64,000 bases of DNA from Octopus sinensis (GCF_006345805.1 NC_043005.1:103478001-103542000), one strand, 5' to 3'; counted from the stretch's first letter, positions 12,693 through 28,355 are shown. Numbers and translations are program-made. The notes: generated by a model not told the origin, from the letters alone.

Positions 12693-12808
12693 TAAAAAAT
12701 ACCTTAGGAATGAAAGCCCAGGTTCTAAAAATTTCCCCAAGACACCTGTGTGTTAACAACAAACAAGATGAAGACAAATATCCGTCGAATGTAAATAATG
12801 TAAATAAT
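12693..12808 (+). mobile_element. Inverted partial copy of the SINE D body, with the ribozyme core deleted
   Basis: Matches the reverse complement of ~12447-12586 except for a 32-nt deletion between gacacctg and tgtgttaac. Confidence 0.8.
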
Positions 12809-12976
12809 CACTAAGAATGTTTAAGACCGAAATACATTTCGTGGTTGGTATCATTATTCCTAACAATCAAATTCACTTCCTTCAGTAGGTTGTCTCCCCA
12901 TGCCTCTTCTTTTTTTTTGTGAAACAAAATTAATCATTCAGAAGATAACTGTTCTCATTATTCTCTGTATTTTTAT

Positions 12977-13198
12977 AAGGTAGTGAACTGGCAGAATCGT
13001 TAGCACACTGGACAGAATGCTTAGCGGTATTTCGCCCGTCGCTATGTTCTGGGTTCAAATTCCACCGAGGTCGACTTTGCTTTTCATCCTTTCGGGGGCC
13101 GATAAATTAAGTACCAGTTAAACACTGGGGTCGATGTAATCGACTAGCACCATCTCCCAAAATTCCTGGTTTTGTGACAAAATTTGAAGTCATTATTA
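12977..13198 (+). mobile_element. SINE family A (alternative-tail subfamily)
   Basis: aaggtagtgaactggcagaatcg...gggttcaaattcc...gtcgactttgc. Confidence 0.85.
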
Positions 13199-14948
13199 AA
13201 TGCTGTATTTTTAATTGACTAAAATATATCAACGTGCTTTCTCGTGTTTTCTTTATTATTAGTGCTTTAATTTGTTTTAGCCGTCACTGTTTAGGTTATA
13301 CCGAAGAACGACCGTGAAATACCAGGGATGATCTCTGTGTGAGTTCTACTTGTTCAAACACTGAATTTGTAGCGATATCGTTTTTCTTTTAAACTCCACA
13401 GGCGCAAATTATATAACTGATCATTCTCGAAAGCCAAAGGAAAATATATTGAGCAGCATCTTCTGACGGCCTATGAAGTTACTGACATGAAAAATACCTT
13501 TGATTTAATCCATATAGAATAATTTGGGAACATATTAGAGAATATGCATTGCCCGCCTTGATTTCTCTACTAGATTTCCACAGATGGAATACGGTATAAA
13601 ATGGCCATTTCGTTTCAAGAGATCGCTGCCTTTCTCTTTGGCAGCTGAGTCCATTGGGAAGATATAACTGCTCCATTATTTTCGCCGATTTAATGCTTAT
13701 GTGCAACCGAAGAATCTGTTATCAATAACTACATAAAGTGCAAAATATTATAAACGTATGAATTACGTCGATGATCGGTTCAACATAATGTGTTTATGGC
13801 TAGCATTAGGAATCTCTTATACCCCGATTAATCAGTCATTACGACGTATTCAGAAACTTATATAAAAGTGTTTTAGAACACCTCACTAAAATCATACACT
13901 ATATTCAGGTTAACGGCAAGAATCGGAATGACAAATATATAATACACATTTTCACCAGCAGCAACGTATAAGAGTATTTATCTTGTACAGTGCTGACAGA
14001 AGATTGTAGACCATTTTATATATTTTCGTTCCATTATTTGTCAAAGTTGCTTTTGGGAGGCAAAAATAATTATTAGAATAACAAGGATTTGTAAAATTTG
14101 GAAACTTTTTCTCGAAAGAGTTTAATAAAATCATTATATAAATGTAGCGACTAAAGCAATATGTTGTGTTCTTCCAATTGTATTATAGCTACTTAACCCC
14201 ATTTTCTTCTTTGATTAGCAGACCATTAACGAAAGGTTCTATATTCATAAGCTTTTTGCCTTTATTTTTCAAATCTTCTTGCACCCTGGCCTGCACTACC
14301 CAAAGTATTATTTTTAAGACAGTAAGTTATGATTTGAAGTAGATTTAGCTATTATTTCATGTTGTTCTAAGCACCATGTAAAGTCTTCCAAAACAAAGAC
14401 ATCTTATCACTGATATCTGAAGGAATTTCAGAAATTCCGTTAATTATTTTTATGTTACATTCTTAAAATAGGTATTGTATACATCTTTCAGAAGATGTTT
14501 TGAGAATCTCTTTCTTCTGTAATCAGATGTTCCTCGTTACAAGATATAGAATTAATCATAGCTATGCTGGTTTGAAATAAAATTGTATGACGACTACTAA
14601 TGATCAACTCAGCAAAAAATATGAATTCAATTATTATGGAGAAATTAGAGGAAGAAATCGTTGTGAGATGCAAAAAATAATAAAGAGTTCTTCGTGTAAA
14701 ACGATGAATTACAGAAAGTGCATGCTGGAATTTCTGGCGTAAAACTTGCCATCAAAACAGTAGCAGCCGTTTTGCAATTCTTGCCACTGAAACCTACTAA
14801 GACCGATAGAGAATCAAAAATGTTGTACAAGCTTTTGTCACTTTAGCCGAATAAGGCAGAGATATCTCTCTATAATGTGAGGCGGCTAATATCCAACAAG
14901 ATGAGGTAATTATCACTTGTATATATAATCCATATGCCATATATATAT

Positions 14949-15179
14949 ATTTCTTTACTACCCACAAGGGGCTAAACGTAGATGGGACAAACAAGGACAG
15001 ACAAACGGATTAATCGATTACATCGACCCCAGTGCGAAACTGGTAGTTTATTCATCGACCCAGAAAGGATGAAAGGCAAAGTCGACCTCGGCGGAGTTTG
15101 AACTCAGAACGTAAAAACAGACGAAATACTGCTAATCATCTCGCCCGGCGCGCTAACGTTTCTGCCAGCTCGCCACCTT
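14949..15179 (-). mobile_element. SINE family A monomer
   Basis: Full match to the family consensus seen elsewhere in the window. Confidence 0.9.
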
Positions 15180-15601
15180 CCTATATGTCATATGCCATAT
15201 ATATACTGAGTATGTGGAATGAAACGAACCACGCATAATACCCGCCATATCGAAATTTTGCTGAAATGCTCATGGCTGAAGAAAATATGAACACTTGACC
15301 GGGCAATTTGCACTCCTACAATTATTCGTTAACCCTCAGTAGCACTAAGAATTTCCCCCTCCACCCGTTCGCCGATGACTGCCACAAAATACACAATTTT
15401 TTAGTTTCCCCCTTCTTTTTGTCTTTGATACTCTTTTCTTTTTCATTATCTGCAGCTGTCTTTCAAATTTCCACACTCTTGCCTGCATATTCTGAACAAC
15501 GGACCACCCATAATGCATTTCGAATCCAGTCTACTGATCAGGAACGTTAAATTCTAATAACAAGATGTGAAGTGACAGCTTCCATAACAAACTGTCTGTC
15601 T

Positions 15602-15638
<37 letters not shown>

Positions 15639-15729
15639 TCTGTGCATACATATACACACACAGATACAGGTATATACACACACACACACACAGATACATA
15701 ATTCATAGATACACACATACACACATATG

Positions 15730-15781
15730 TATATATGTGTATATATATGTATATATATGTAAATATATATGTATATGTATG

Positions 15782-15813
<32 letters not shown>

Positions 15814-15816
15814 ATA

Positions 15817-15848
<32 letters not shown>

Positions 15849-15870
15849 ATATATATATATATATATTATG

Positions 15871-15917
<47 letters not shown>

Positions 15918-15936
15918 GTATGTATATATATATATA

Positions 15937-15967
<31 letters not shown>

Positions 15968-16056
15968 TATATATAATATATATATATATATATAAGTATA
16001 TATATATATAATATATATATATATATATTATATATATATATAATATATATATATAT

Positions 16057-16096
<40 letters not shown>
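15730..16096. repeat. (TA)n microsatellite
   Basis: Directly visible. Confidence 0.95.
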
Positions 16097-16100
<4 letters not shown>

Positions 16101-16466
16101 GTCTATGTGTTTCCCTGTTTACACAGACACACGCACGCTCAAAGACAGATATGTTTGCATGTATGTATGTATGTATATATGTATGTATATACGTGCTAAG
16201 TATATACGTGCTATGTATATAAGTGTGTGTGTAAGTAAACACAAATACATATTGTTTAGAAAAAGTCTTACGTAAATGTTTGAGTCCTCGTGTTTCACAG
16301 TCAATCCAGTAAAATGAACGTCTTTTGTAAAATATACTCAATACCGAACTATAGATAGACAGAATGCCGTTAACCTGTCGTGCATTCGTTAAGTAAACAA
16401 CTTTCAGTCATCAAATACATGTCTGAAGTAATGAAATTAACGAACAATGCTATTAATGATAATCGC

Positions 16467-16501
<35 letters not shown>

Positions 16502-16551
16502 CGACGACGACGACGACGATGATGATGATGACAATGACGATGACGATGATG
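16467..16551. repeat. (GAT/GAC)n trinucleotide repeat
   Basis: Directly visible. Confidence 0.95.
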
Positions 16552-16717
16552 AATATTTAATAGTAGTAAATATGTATGTTAAAAGTGCTAAAAGCTTTGT
16601 CAACGAATAATTTTTAATTGAAAAATTGCTTCGAGCGAAGAAAAATCTTTGGAAAATTAGCATATTGTTGTTCAGAGCAGATATCTTTGCTTTGTTTATA
16701 CTACTTTGATATTATAT

Positions 16718-16769
<52 letters not shown>

Positions 16770-17257
16770 TATACATATATACATAGATATATATAGATAT
16801 ATGTATGTATGTATATATGTATAACGAAAATAATCAAAATATAAACTAGAGTAAATAATAATCTTTTAATGATAAAATGATAATAGCTGCAATTAAAACT
16901 GTGATTTTAAACCATCTTTAGTCTGAGTTTCAGTTGTCACATTTCTCTATGACAAAAATATGTTATAAATTACAGACTTATATAAGTCTAATATATTAGG
17001 AATTCTCCGCTTCTGAAATTTAAAATATATACTCAAGATTTCAAATATGGTTATAGACCAAGTAACTGACAACGACACATACATATCTACTGGCATGTAT
17101 TGTCTTGTACCCTCATTGTATTTATTACTGCAAAATCTGAATATTTTGTTCCACGTTAAATCTTACGCTCATTAAAAGCTGTTACGATTTAGAATCTTCG
17201 TGTTTATAACATTTGATTTGAACAAATATATATACTTAATTAAGCCTATAAATTTTA

Positions 17258-17465
17258 GCTTGTTTCAAATATTGGCACAGAACGAGCAATTTTAGAGAGA
17301 AGGGCAAGTCGATTGTATCAGTTCCAGTACTTGATTGGTACTTCATTTTATTGACCCCGAAAGGATGAGAGGCAAAGTTAACCCTGATGGTTTTTGAGTT
17401 CGGAACGTAAAGAGCCGGAAGAAATAGCACTGAGCATTTTGTGCGACGCTCAAACGATGTTTGCC
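17258..17465 (-). mobile_element. Old diverged SINE family A copy
   Basis: gaccccgaaaggatgagaggcaaagtt core retained. Confidence 0.65.
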
Positions 17466-18136
17466 CAAAAGTTTAAATCGCACGAAAAAGAGAAAAAATT
17501 GGCTTTTGGCTCCAGCTGCATTAATATAGAGATGCGAGCATTGACATAAACGAAGATTATGAAGTCGGATAGGAACGGAGTGAGATGAATAATCTCAATA
17601 TAGGAAGTGGAATATATTGGTGAAAGAATTCGAAGAGGAATATATAATTGAAAGAATGGAAGAGGGAGACCGACTATCAACCAAAGTAAATGGAATACTT
17701 TGTTGAGGACAACCAGATGTAAAAAAGTGAGAGACGGATATTGTGGGGTGAGATGTGAGTGCAGATTTTCGAACGTAAGTATAGGCAACGAGTGTGGGCT
17801 GAGTGGAGATAGCGACTGAGAGACTCATCTTGGTGATGAGGAAATCTATGAATACAAAGGGGAGTCTGTCTGAGTCACAGTTTGAAGTTTCTCGTTTATA
17901 TTTCTCGTGTGACTCAGGAACGTGAATAAGACATTCCGAGTAGCTATTCGTGCAAACACAGCTTTGAATAAAAATTCAATATATTTATGAGAGTGGGTGT
18001 GTGTGTGTATACAAGAACATATGTATGCTTGTGTATATATATATAAAGGGAACGTTTACGAAAATAAACAAAAGACGAAGGCAGGTGGTGTACAAAGAAA
18101 CGGATGTATTAGTATAGCGCTCAGGAATAGAAAAAG

Positions 18137-18173
18137 TCTTTTACGTTTCGAGCCTACGCTCTTCTACAGAAAG
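18137..18173 (-). ncRNA. Penelope-type minimal hammerhead variant (CUGUAGA core)
   Basis: cttt-CTGTAGA-a-GAGC-gtag-GCTC-GAAAC-GTA|aaag; 4-bp stems I and II; A6 replaced by U. Confidence 0.5.
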
Positions 18174-18307
18174 GTACACAGAAAAAACAAGGAGAGAAAA
18201 AAATGTGTGTAGTAGCTAACGATCTATCATGGCTATATATATATACAAGCACACACGCAAACACGCACACATAATATATGCATAAATATGCATAAATATA
18301 TATATAT

Positions 18308-18951
18308 CTCTTCCTCTTGCTCCTCCTCCCCCATTCCCGTCGTCCATCTGCAACGATACTTCCGTCTTAACTGCTATCCTGTCTTTTCTCGCCCGCCTTG
18401 TAAGGCTACTGGTCGACACATTTTCTCTCTCTCGTCGTCCACGATAATCCAGCGTTTGCAATACTTTTTTCGTCTGGCGTTAACAGCCCTTCTTATCTTG
18501 TTCTCCTTGTCCTGTCTCTCACTGTTATATATTTATTTTTCCACTGTTTATATATATATTTTTTACTGTTTATATGTTTGTACTGTCGTTACCGTCTTGC
18601 TTTTTTTTTTTACCCCTCTGCGAAAAGATCTCAGAATTTTAATTGATTTGCTTTTCGCGGGAAGGAAGTTTTCTTCGAAGTATACGTCTCGCTTTTATCC
18701 TTCGAAACGTTTAGTAGATGAAACCTTAGCGACTGAAGAAGGGGATTTTTCGTTGTGCTTATTGTCCTGTATCTCTTTTTTTTTTTTTTTGCTTGTCTTG
18801 TTCCTTGGTTTGTGTCTATGTGTTTCGTCTCTCTATGTGTTCGACGTCTTTTTGGTGTCCTGTACACATATATGCGTGTATATGTACATGTAGAGGTAGG
18901 TACGTACATATATGTTTATATATATGCATATGTTCTATTTTATTAACATAT
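18308..18951. repeat. ~640-bp direct repeat, copy 1
   Basis: Near-identical to 19177-19813, differing mostly by small indels; offset about 869 bp. Confidence 0.92.
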
Positions 18952-19176
18952 TATACGACTAAACGCACGCACCCTATTAAGTAAGATTGTTCTGTTTATC
19001 AAGTTAGCCTTGATATTAACTCTCACGCGACTCTGCATCTTTCTTTCTTTCTCTCCCATTCCCTTTTTCGTCTTTTTCCCTCACTTAACTGTCTCTTCCT
19101 CTCTCTCTCATTCTTCATTCTCTCTCTCCCTTTCACCATTCTTCATGGTCTCCTCGCACCATTCCCCTTCTTCTCC

Positions 19177-19810
19177 CTCTTCCTCTTGCTCCTCCTCCCC
19201 CATTCCCGTCGTCCATCTGCAACGATACTTCCGTCTTAACTGCTATCCTGTCTTTTCTCGCGCGCCTTGTAAGGCTACTGGTCGACACATTTTCTCTCTC
19301 TCGTCGTCCACTATAATCCAGCGTTTGCAATACTTTTTTCGTCTGGCGTTAACAGCCCTTCTTATCTTGTTCTCCTTGTCCTGTCTCTCACTGTTATATT
19401 TATTTTTCCACTGTTTATATATATATTTTTTACTGTTTATATGTTTGTACTGTCGTTACCGTCTTGCTTTTTTTTTTACCCCTCTGCGAAAAGATCTCAG
19501 AATTTTAATTGATTTGCTTTTCGCGGGAAGGAAGTTTTCTTCGAAGTATACGTCTCGCTTTTATCCTTCGAAACGTTTAGTAGATGAACCTTAGCGACTG
19601 AAGAAGGGGATTTTTTCGTTGTGCTTATTGTCCTGTATCTCTCTTTTTTTTTTTTGCTTGTCTTGTTCCTTGGTTTGTGTCTATGTGTTTCGTCTCTCTA
19701 TGTGTTCGACGTCTTTTTGGTGTCCTGTACACATATATGCGTGTATATGTACATGTAGAGGTAGGTACGTACATATTGTTATATATATGCATATGTTCTA
19801 TTTTATTAAC

Positions 19811-19813
<3 letters not shown>
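19177..19813. repeat. ~640-bp direct repeat, copy 2
   Basis: Near-identical to 18308-18951; runs into (TA)n. Confidence 0.92.
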
Positions 19814-20007
<194 letters not shown>

Positions 20008-23000
20008 CATACATACATTCTTATCTATGCCAAATTACGCACACTACGTATGTGTTTGTAGGTGAGAAAAATCTTAATGCTGACAGAAAATTATATTTCT
20101 AAACGATCGAAACACGAAGCTCCCTACTTAATATCACTTTATAATAAATCAAGTCTCTTAACCCAATCCCATCACAGAGATGTGAAGCAGAGGCGTTGCT
20201 TCGAATTGTGTAAATGGTCTTGATAGATTACTGTATCATGAATGGTAATGTGGACCACTCCTAACAAAAGCCAGAGCTTCCTTCGACCACTACATGTATT
20301 AAGAAGACTGTTATTTAGATATACTTTTATTTTAGTTATTTACAATATTTTACGCTTGTTTATTCTCTTATATATTCAAAGTTCACAAATTTCCTTATTT
20401 GAATTATGAATCATATTCCTTTCCATAATATCACTATGATTACAAAACTCTTTTGTAGATATTTTCTGTTTAGTCGACACTAATTTTCAAATTACTGGAG
20501 TCCGTTGCTCTGCTCATAGCGACGTATAAGTGGCTGTGTAAACATCGGAGTGGGTAAAAATACACCTACATGATCTAAAGTCTAGCCCAAAGCCTTGTTT
20601 GCTGTGAATGCGCGAGCGGAATATTTAGAGTTGCAAAAAATAAAATTAAGACTTAAGACTTACCTCTCTCTCCTATGCGAATAATGTCTGGATGTTCTGG
20701 TACCATAGGCTATTTTGATTGACAAAGCTGTGATGTAAACAGAAGCCGCTTCGATTAGCCGTTTCGAATCTTGCTCAAGACTGACACACTTCAATAAACA
20801 CTAAATATTCACACACACTATATACTGACACATTTTATTTTCGCTATTAACCTTCCTCGCGGCCCACTTTGTATCTACGATGATTCCAAGATCTATACAA
20901 TGAAAATCTAGAGTTACTCATGCTCGGTGAATTTTTAATAAAAATGCGAAGGTGGCTTATCAATTTAAAAATTGATATCCACGAAATAATCATACTTACT
21001 GATTTTTTTTAAAGTTAAAAAACCTTCCTGACGACCATCTTTGTAATCATCAAAAATATCGTAACCATTGGTACAGCCGTCTGACCGTGAAGAGGAAACA
21101 AAGAGATGGACAGATGGACAGACAGACGGATATAACGACCATTACAGTAAGATTAAATTGTTGAAGAGTTTCAAGTTGTTTAGACTAGGGTTTTTTTCTG
21201 ACAGAACAACCATTAGTTCAAAACGTGTAGTGTTAGTTAAATTCGGAATACAACCGTTTCGATATAAAATTTGGTTTGTTTGGAACGGTGCGACTATTAC
21301 ATAACTGTGTAACAGTGTGGTGTAACACCAGTACCTAACACGCAGCAACCAAACTATAAGATAACCACAAGAAGATGGCTATCGACTTTTCAACAAAGGC
21401 ATACTTACCAACACTCTACAACATCTGCTGCAAAGATGCTTCGTTTTCATACACTACTACAATGTTCTAGACGCTTAGAAATTAACTACTTTCGTTGGTG
21501 GGGCAGAATGAGTAATCAGATAACAAGTATTTTTTTTGAAGAAACCTTTCCTCAAATTTCACCCGATAGTCATTGAGGTAACTAATAAAATATCTGGATA
21601 GTTTTTCGTGTTTAACAACCAAATTTATTTTCTCTGTTAGATTCACACTCCATTTTCCCCACACTAATGCATAATTGAATATTCAATTTCCAAAACATGA
21701 TGTCTAACGTCGGGGCAAAATCAGTAATAACTCATATCCATAATTTTTTTTAACTGCATGGTGCTTAAATATGTAAGGAGGAGGGCCATTCCAGCAGATT
21801 GTGAAGACGCTACAGAGAATATTTTACGCTGTGTTTTTACATTTAGTTGAGTTTCGCTAATTTCATATCCTGTGCCATTTTTCCATGATCATCTTTCATT
21901 TGGCCTAGATGTTTCTAAATTTTGCTGCATTTCTGATCTTTCTGATATCTAAGGATAGATATCCATGTAATTGATGTGTACGAGTCCTTATTTCAAATGT
22001 AGCTATGGAGAATTGAAGAGGCAAATTTACGTCTTTTGTCTTACTCTTTTGACTCCAATTAAATTTGCCTTTTATATGTCAAAGGTAATGGAGATAGTTT
22101 TCTGAAATAGTGTTCTGAATAAGTTCTAGTATTTTTAATGCATTTAGAGAAGCTCATTTGCTTAGCTGAATTACGTTTTGTAAGGTAATGAACATATGTA
22201 TTTTTTTATTTTTATTAAAGTCAAAATTGCAATAAATACTACTCATTGTGCCCCATCCGCCTATCACACTGCTGATGAAAAGTAACTCTTCCGCCGACTC
22301 ACATTTTCTGCCTATTCAATCCTCCTTACTATTTATTCTATGCTCCTATGAAATAACTAATTTTATATCACACTTTCTAGAAACGCGGGGAGGAGCGACG
22401 TTGATATACTCATCATTCCTCCCCGTGTTTTGCCCTCCACCAGACCCGGCCACTTACCACTCAACCCAGTTCTTCCGTTCCAGAAAACTCTTAGCTCTGG
22501 GGTCATCTTTACATTACGTTTTCTTCGTAGGTAGATGTGAATATATAGAAATTAAAACTGACCATCAACTATATAAATTTTTTTAGGTTTGCGAGGACTT
22601 GGACACTCCATCTTTACACATAAACATAAGCAAAAGCATGCTGCGGTTATTGACCTCAGTTCATGGAGATAAGGTGGATAAATAGCAGAGCTTCGAACGG
22701 ATGTCATTCAACGCAAATCTATCCTGGAGCGGATTTAGTACTCATCCAATTATCGTTTCAGAAAACAGTGATAAACTCCAGACTTTCTAAATCAATATTC
22801 AACTTATCAAACTTATTAAACTTAAACTTTTAACTATTTTATGGACGTCAAAAAGATAAAAGCCAATATTTTGTAATATAATTGAACTAGCTAAAAAATA
22901 ATATAAGAAAAATACATATTAAAAAAATAACGCAATGAATAAACTTTTGGTGTTCTGATTTATTGCCCATAACTACCTATCGCTCTATCTATCTATATTT

Positions 23001-23286
23001 TATAAAATTCTTATATTTATGTATTTCTTCCAAAACCTTTCAAGTTTAATTAACAATCATTACCTAGATTTTAATCTAAGTGCATAAAATAGAACCTCTA
23101 ATGGAATGTTCTGGTTTTGGTGTTTAAATAGAGAATTATTGATCATAAAATTATTGTAAACTTAGCAACGGGTAGTATAAAGCCATCTTCTCATGTGTAA
23201 CAGCCCATATTTTATAAATGCACGAGCACACACTCACATATATAAACGTACATTCATAGACCTATATACATACACATAAGACTCAC

Positions 23287-23317
<31 letters not shown>

Positions 23318-23646
23318 ATATGCATATGTAGTATGTATATGTATGTGTGTGTACATACATGCATACTCACATACTTATAATGCATTTATATGTGTGTGTG
23401 TATATGTATGTGCATTCCTTTGTGTGATGTATATATGTAAAGCTAGATATATATACGTACATATGCGTATATGTTTATTCATATTCATGTAATATATGTG
23501 TATATGTATGTATATATATATATATATATACTTACATGTATAAGTGTATGCATGTATGTAAGAATATATGTATGTATTTATGACTATATATACTTATATA
23601 TGCATGCACGTAAAAATAAATGTATGTGTGTGTGCGTGTGTGTGTA

Positions 23647-25164
<1,518 letters not shown>

Positions 25165-25752
25165 TACGTTTATAGAAAACAAACAAGAGCAAGGACTACT
25201 GTTCAGGTAGTGTACATTTTATATTTGTTTCGAAGAAATTGATTGTCACATCTGGTGCCCCGAGCTTCATGTACGTACATTCAGGTAATAACTTATGAAT
25301 TAATAATGCACCACAGTTTACTGATTAAAACGTGTCAGGTGTTTGAATGTGCAGTGTGTCAAAAATATAATTATTTGCTGACAAAACTTTTATGGTGTAA
25401 CGGAAAGCACTTTGGGTAGCTACACTGCAGCGCTAATTGAATCCGCTGGCGGTTTATCTAGATCGGTATTTTGTGGAGTAGGTCCCGGTCTGTGGTTAAT
25501 GTTTCCAGGCGAATTTTCACAACAGAGTGGAGTTTTTCCGCCTCGCATGACCTGAAAGATAGTAAGTTCTAGTAGCATTGGCTATAAATGCATTTGCCAT
25601 GAGCTTCGTTACACTGCCGCCCAAAGGTGTTATAGATGTTCTTTATGTCGCTGCTTTGAAAAATCAAGATTTTTTTGCGTGAGCATGTGGAAAGAGACTT
25701 CTGAAGTTACAAGTGACTATTATTTCAGTGACGACTGTCTTAATGGGAATTT

Positions 25753-25839
25753 TCAGTAATAGTGGTTGACCTCCGAAGGGATATTATCCACGCAGGTGTA
25801 ATTGATCTTAACGTCATTGATGTTGAAGCGTTTCATGTA
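25753..25839 (-). CDS. Candidate short exon (YMKRFNINDVKINYTCVDNIPSEVNHYY*)
   Basis: Acceptor ttcaatttaaacag at 25842-25840, open frame with protein-like composition; homology unknown. Confidence 0.3.
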   Translation of the reverse strand, partial: YMKRFNINDVKINYTCVDNIPSEVNHYY

Positions 25840-26860
25840 CTGTTTAAATTGAAATTACCACATACTGACAAATGTTTGCTGAAAACTTCAGTGATTACAT
25901 TCTCACAGACACAAGCACTGGTGAGGACTCCAATACGGCCGATCAGTGTATGCTGCAGCCTCTCTTATTATTGTTCTTTTCCTTTAATTCTTTACTCTTG
26001 TTTCCCCTCTTTTCTTTCTTTCTTTCTCTCTCTCTAATGGCTAAGTACTGAACCCATTACGTTCAAAACCTGACATAACCCTTTAAAAAAGTACTGACTC
26101 TATTTATTCCAAGCAATCTTTTCAAACATTTTGGAATCGTCTAAGAAACCCAAGATGAACATTTGATGTAAAATTCCATCTAGGTGACAAACCCAAAGCT
26201 AAACTTGATCACATGCTAGTGGATTTTAACTAAAATACTCAATACTACATATTGAGAACTTTTATTTTGTGTCTGAATGCAGCAATGTACATATATTTAC
26301 GTACTATATAAAGCTTTCTGCATTAAATGAGTTGGGATACTGGTTCAAGAACATTACTCCAGTGAATTTCTTAAAGAAAACCTTTCCATTACACAATTAG
26401 TATACTAAAAGCCACACGTCGAAGAGAAATTTTGTGTAAAGAATACTCTGGAATAATTCTGGAGGAAAATGAAATTGGAATTAAAATTACCATGAGAATA
26501 AACTGGGTTTTCAAAATTTAAAATTTTTCCTTCAAAACATTTAATTAAGCCGGATGAAACAAGCCACTTTATGTTGACTAGAAAAATATGTCTCAAAATC
26601 TCACAAAGGAATTTCTGCTAGAAATTTTGAAGATACAGTCTAAAAACTTTCAATGACTAACATCGTTGTGTGCAGACAAAGCAAAAATAAGAAACTGCAT
26701 GAAATAAACCATTCTGCACACCAATCATTTCTGTCAACTATTATCACAAACTTTTGTTTCAAAAACAACAGCAACACATTAGATTGTTTTTTAAATCTCT
26801 AGATAATTGTAGATGTTATTTTTTCAACTTTCTTTTTCATCGCTATTAACTAATCCAACT

Positions 26861-27093
26861 TAAGGCGGCGAGCTGGCAGAACCGTTAGCGCGCCGGGCGA
26901 AATGCTTAGCCGTATTTCGTCTGTCGTTACGTTCTGAGTTCAAATTCTGCCGAGGTCGACTTTGCCTGTCATCCTCTCGGGGTCGATAAATAAAGTACCA
27001 GTTTCGCACTGGATTGATGTAATCGACTTAATCCCTTTGTCTGTTATTGTTTGTCCCCTCTATGTTTAGCCCCCTGTGGGCAATAAAGAAATA
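26861..27093 (+). mobile_element. SINE family A monomer
   Basis: 17-bp TSD tattaactaatccaact at 26844-26860 and 27094-27110. Confidence 0.93.
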
Positions 27094-27530
27094 TATTAAC
27101 TAATCCAACTCTTCACACAGTTCCTTTCTTTTCTGTTTCATTCATATTTTTTTACACACCCTCATCTTAGTTCATCCCTTTTAATGTTGTCTTTCTTTTT
27201 CTTTTTTATTCTTTTATCCGTTTATCCACTTTGGTTCTTTCTTTTCTTACATCCGTTATAATTTGTTTGGGGTCCAAGAACTTCTGTATCACGACTTTTT
27301 ACAAACGCTAATTCTATCGATTCTCAACAACCAAACAAATTACGCGTTTACTTCCAAAATATTTTGTGACTTCCCAAAGGAACCTAAATTATATAAATAG
27401 ATATATTTTCTTTGTTAAATCAATACTGGTTTATGAGCCGAAAGGCAAAACTGGGAATCACTACACTGAAGTTTCAGCTTCTATTAAATTTATGTACATT
27501 TACGTGCACGCACACACACACAAACACCAT

Positions 27531-27619
<89 letters not shown>

Positions 27620-27931
27620 GTCTCTTTATATTGCTGAAGTATATTGATTGAATTCAAGGTAATGCTAATTATATTTTCTTCCGCGGCCAATGGATGAGAG
27701 AGAAATATATTATTACATAGAAGCACAAATTCCTCCGTAATATATGCGTGATTGTATGGCTAGTAAGTTTCCTAAACTAACTACATGCAACCTTTTCCGT
27801 CTACGTATGCTTTCGAACTTATCCTGCGGCCGATCAAAACTTTCTCGGGAAAAGCAGAGAGCCAGAAGCTGTGCAGATAACCGTGGACTATGCCCGTTGA
27901 AAGGCGGCAAATTTAATAGTCACCTGACTTA

Positions 27932-28355
27932 CCTATTTCTTTACTACCCACAAGGGGCTAAACATAGAGGGGACAAACAAGGACAAGCAAACGGATTAAG
28001 TCGATTATATCGACCCCAGTGCGTAACTGCTCCTTAATTTATCGACCCCGAAAGGATGAAAGGCAAAGTCGACCTCGGCGGAATTTGAACTCAGAACGTA
28101 AAGACAGACGAAATACCTATTTCTTTACTACCCACAAGGGACTAAACACAGAGAGGACAAACAAGGACAGACAAAGGGATTAAGTCGATTATATCGACCC
28201 CAGTGCGTAGCTGGTACTTAATTTATCGACCCCGAAAGGATGAAAGGCAAAGTCGACCTCGGCGGAATTTGAACTCAGAACGTAACGGCAGACGAAATAC
28301 GGCTACGCATTTCGCCCGGCGTGCTAACGTATCTGCCAGCTCGCCGCCGATGCTA
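27932..28355 (-). mobile_element. SINE family A dimer
   Basis: One head, two bodies; single 14-bp TSD agtcacctgactta at 27918-27931 and 28356-28369. Confidence 0.92.

Noticed and set aside
22381-22530. GC-richer segment with splice-like signals on both strands
   Set aside because: Conflicting frames and strands; no recognisable peptide
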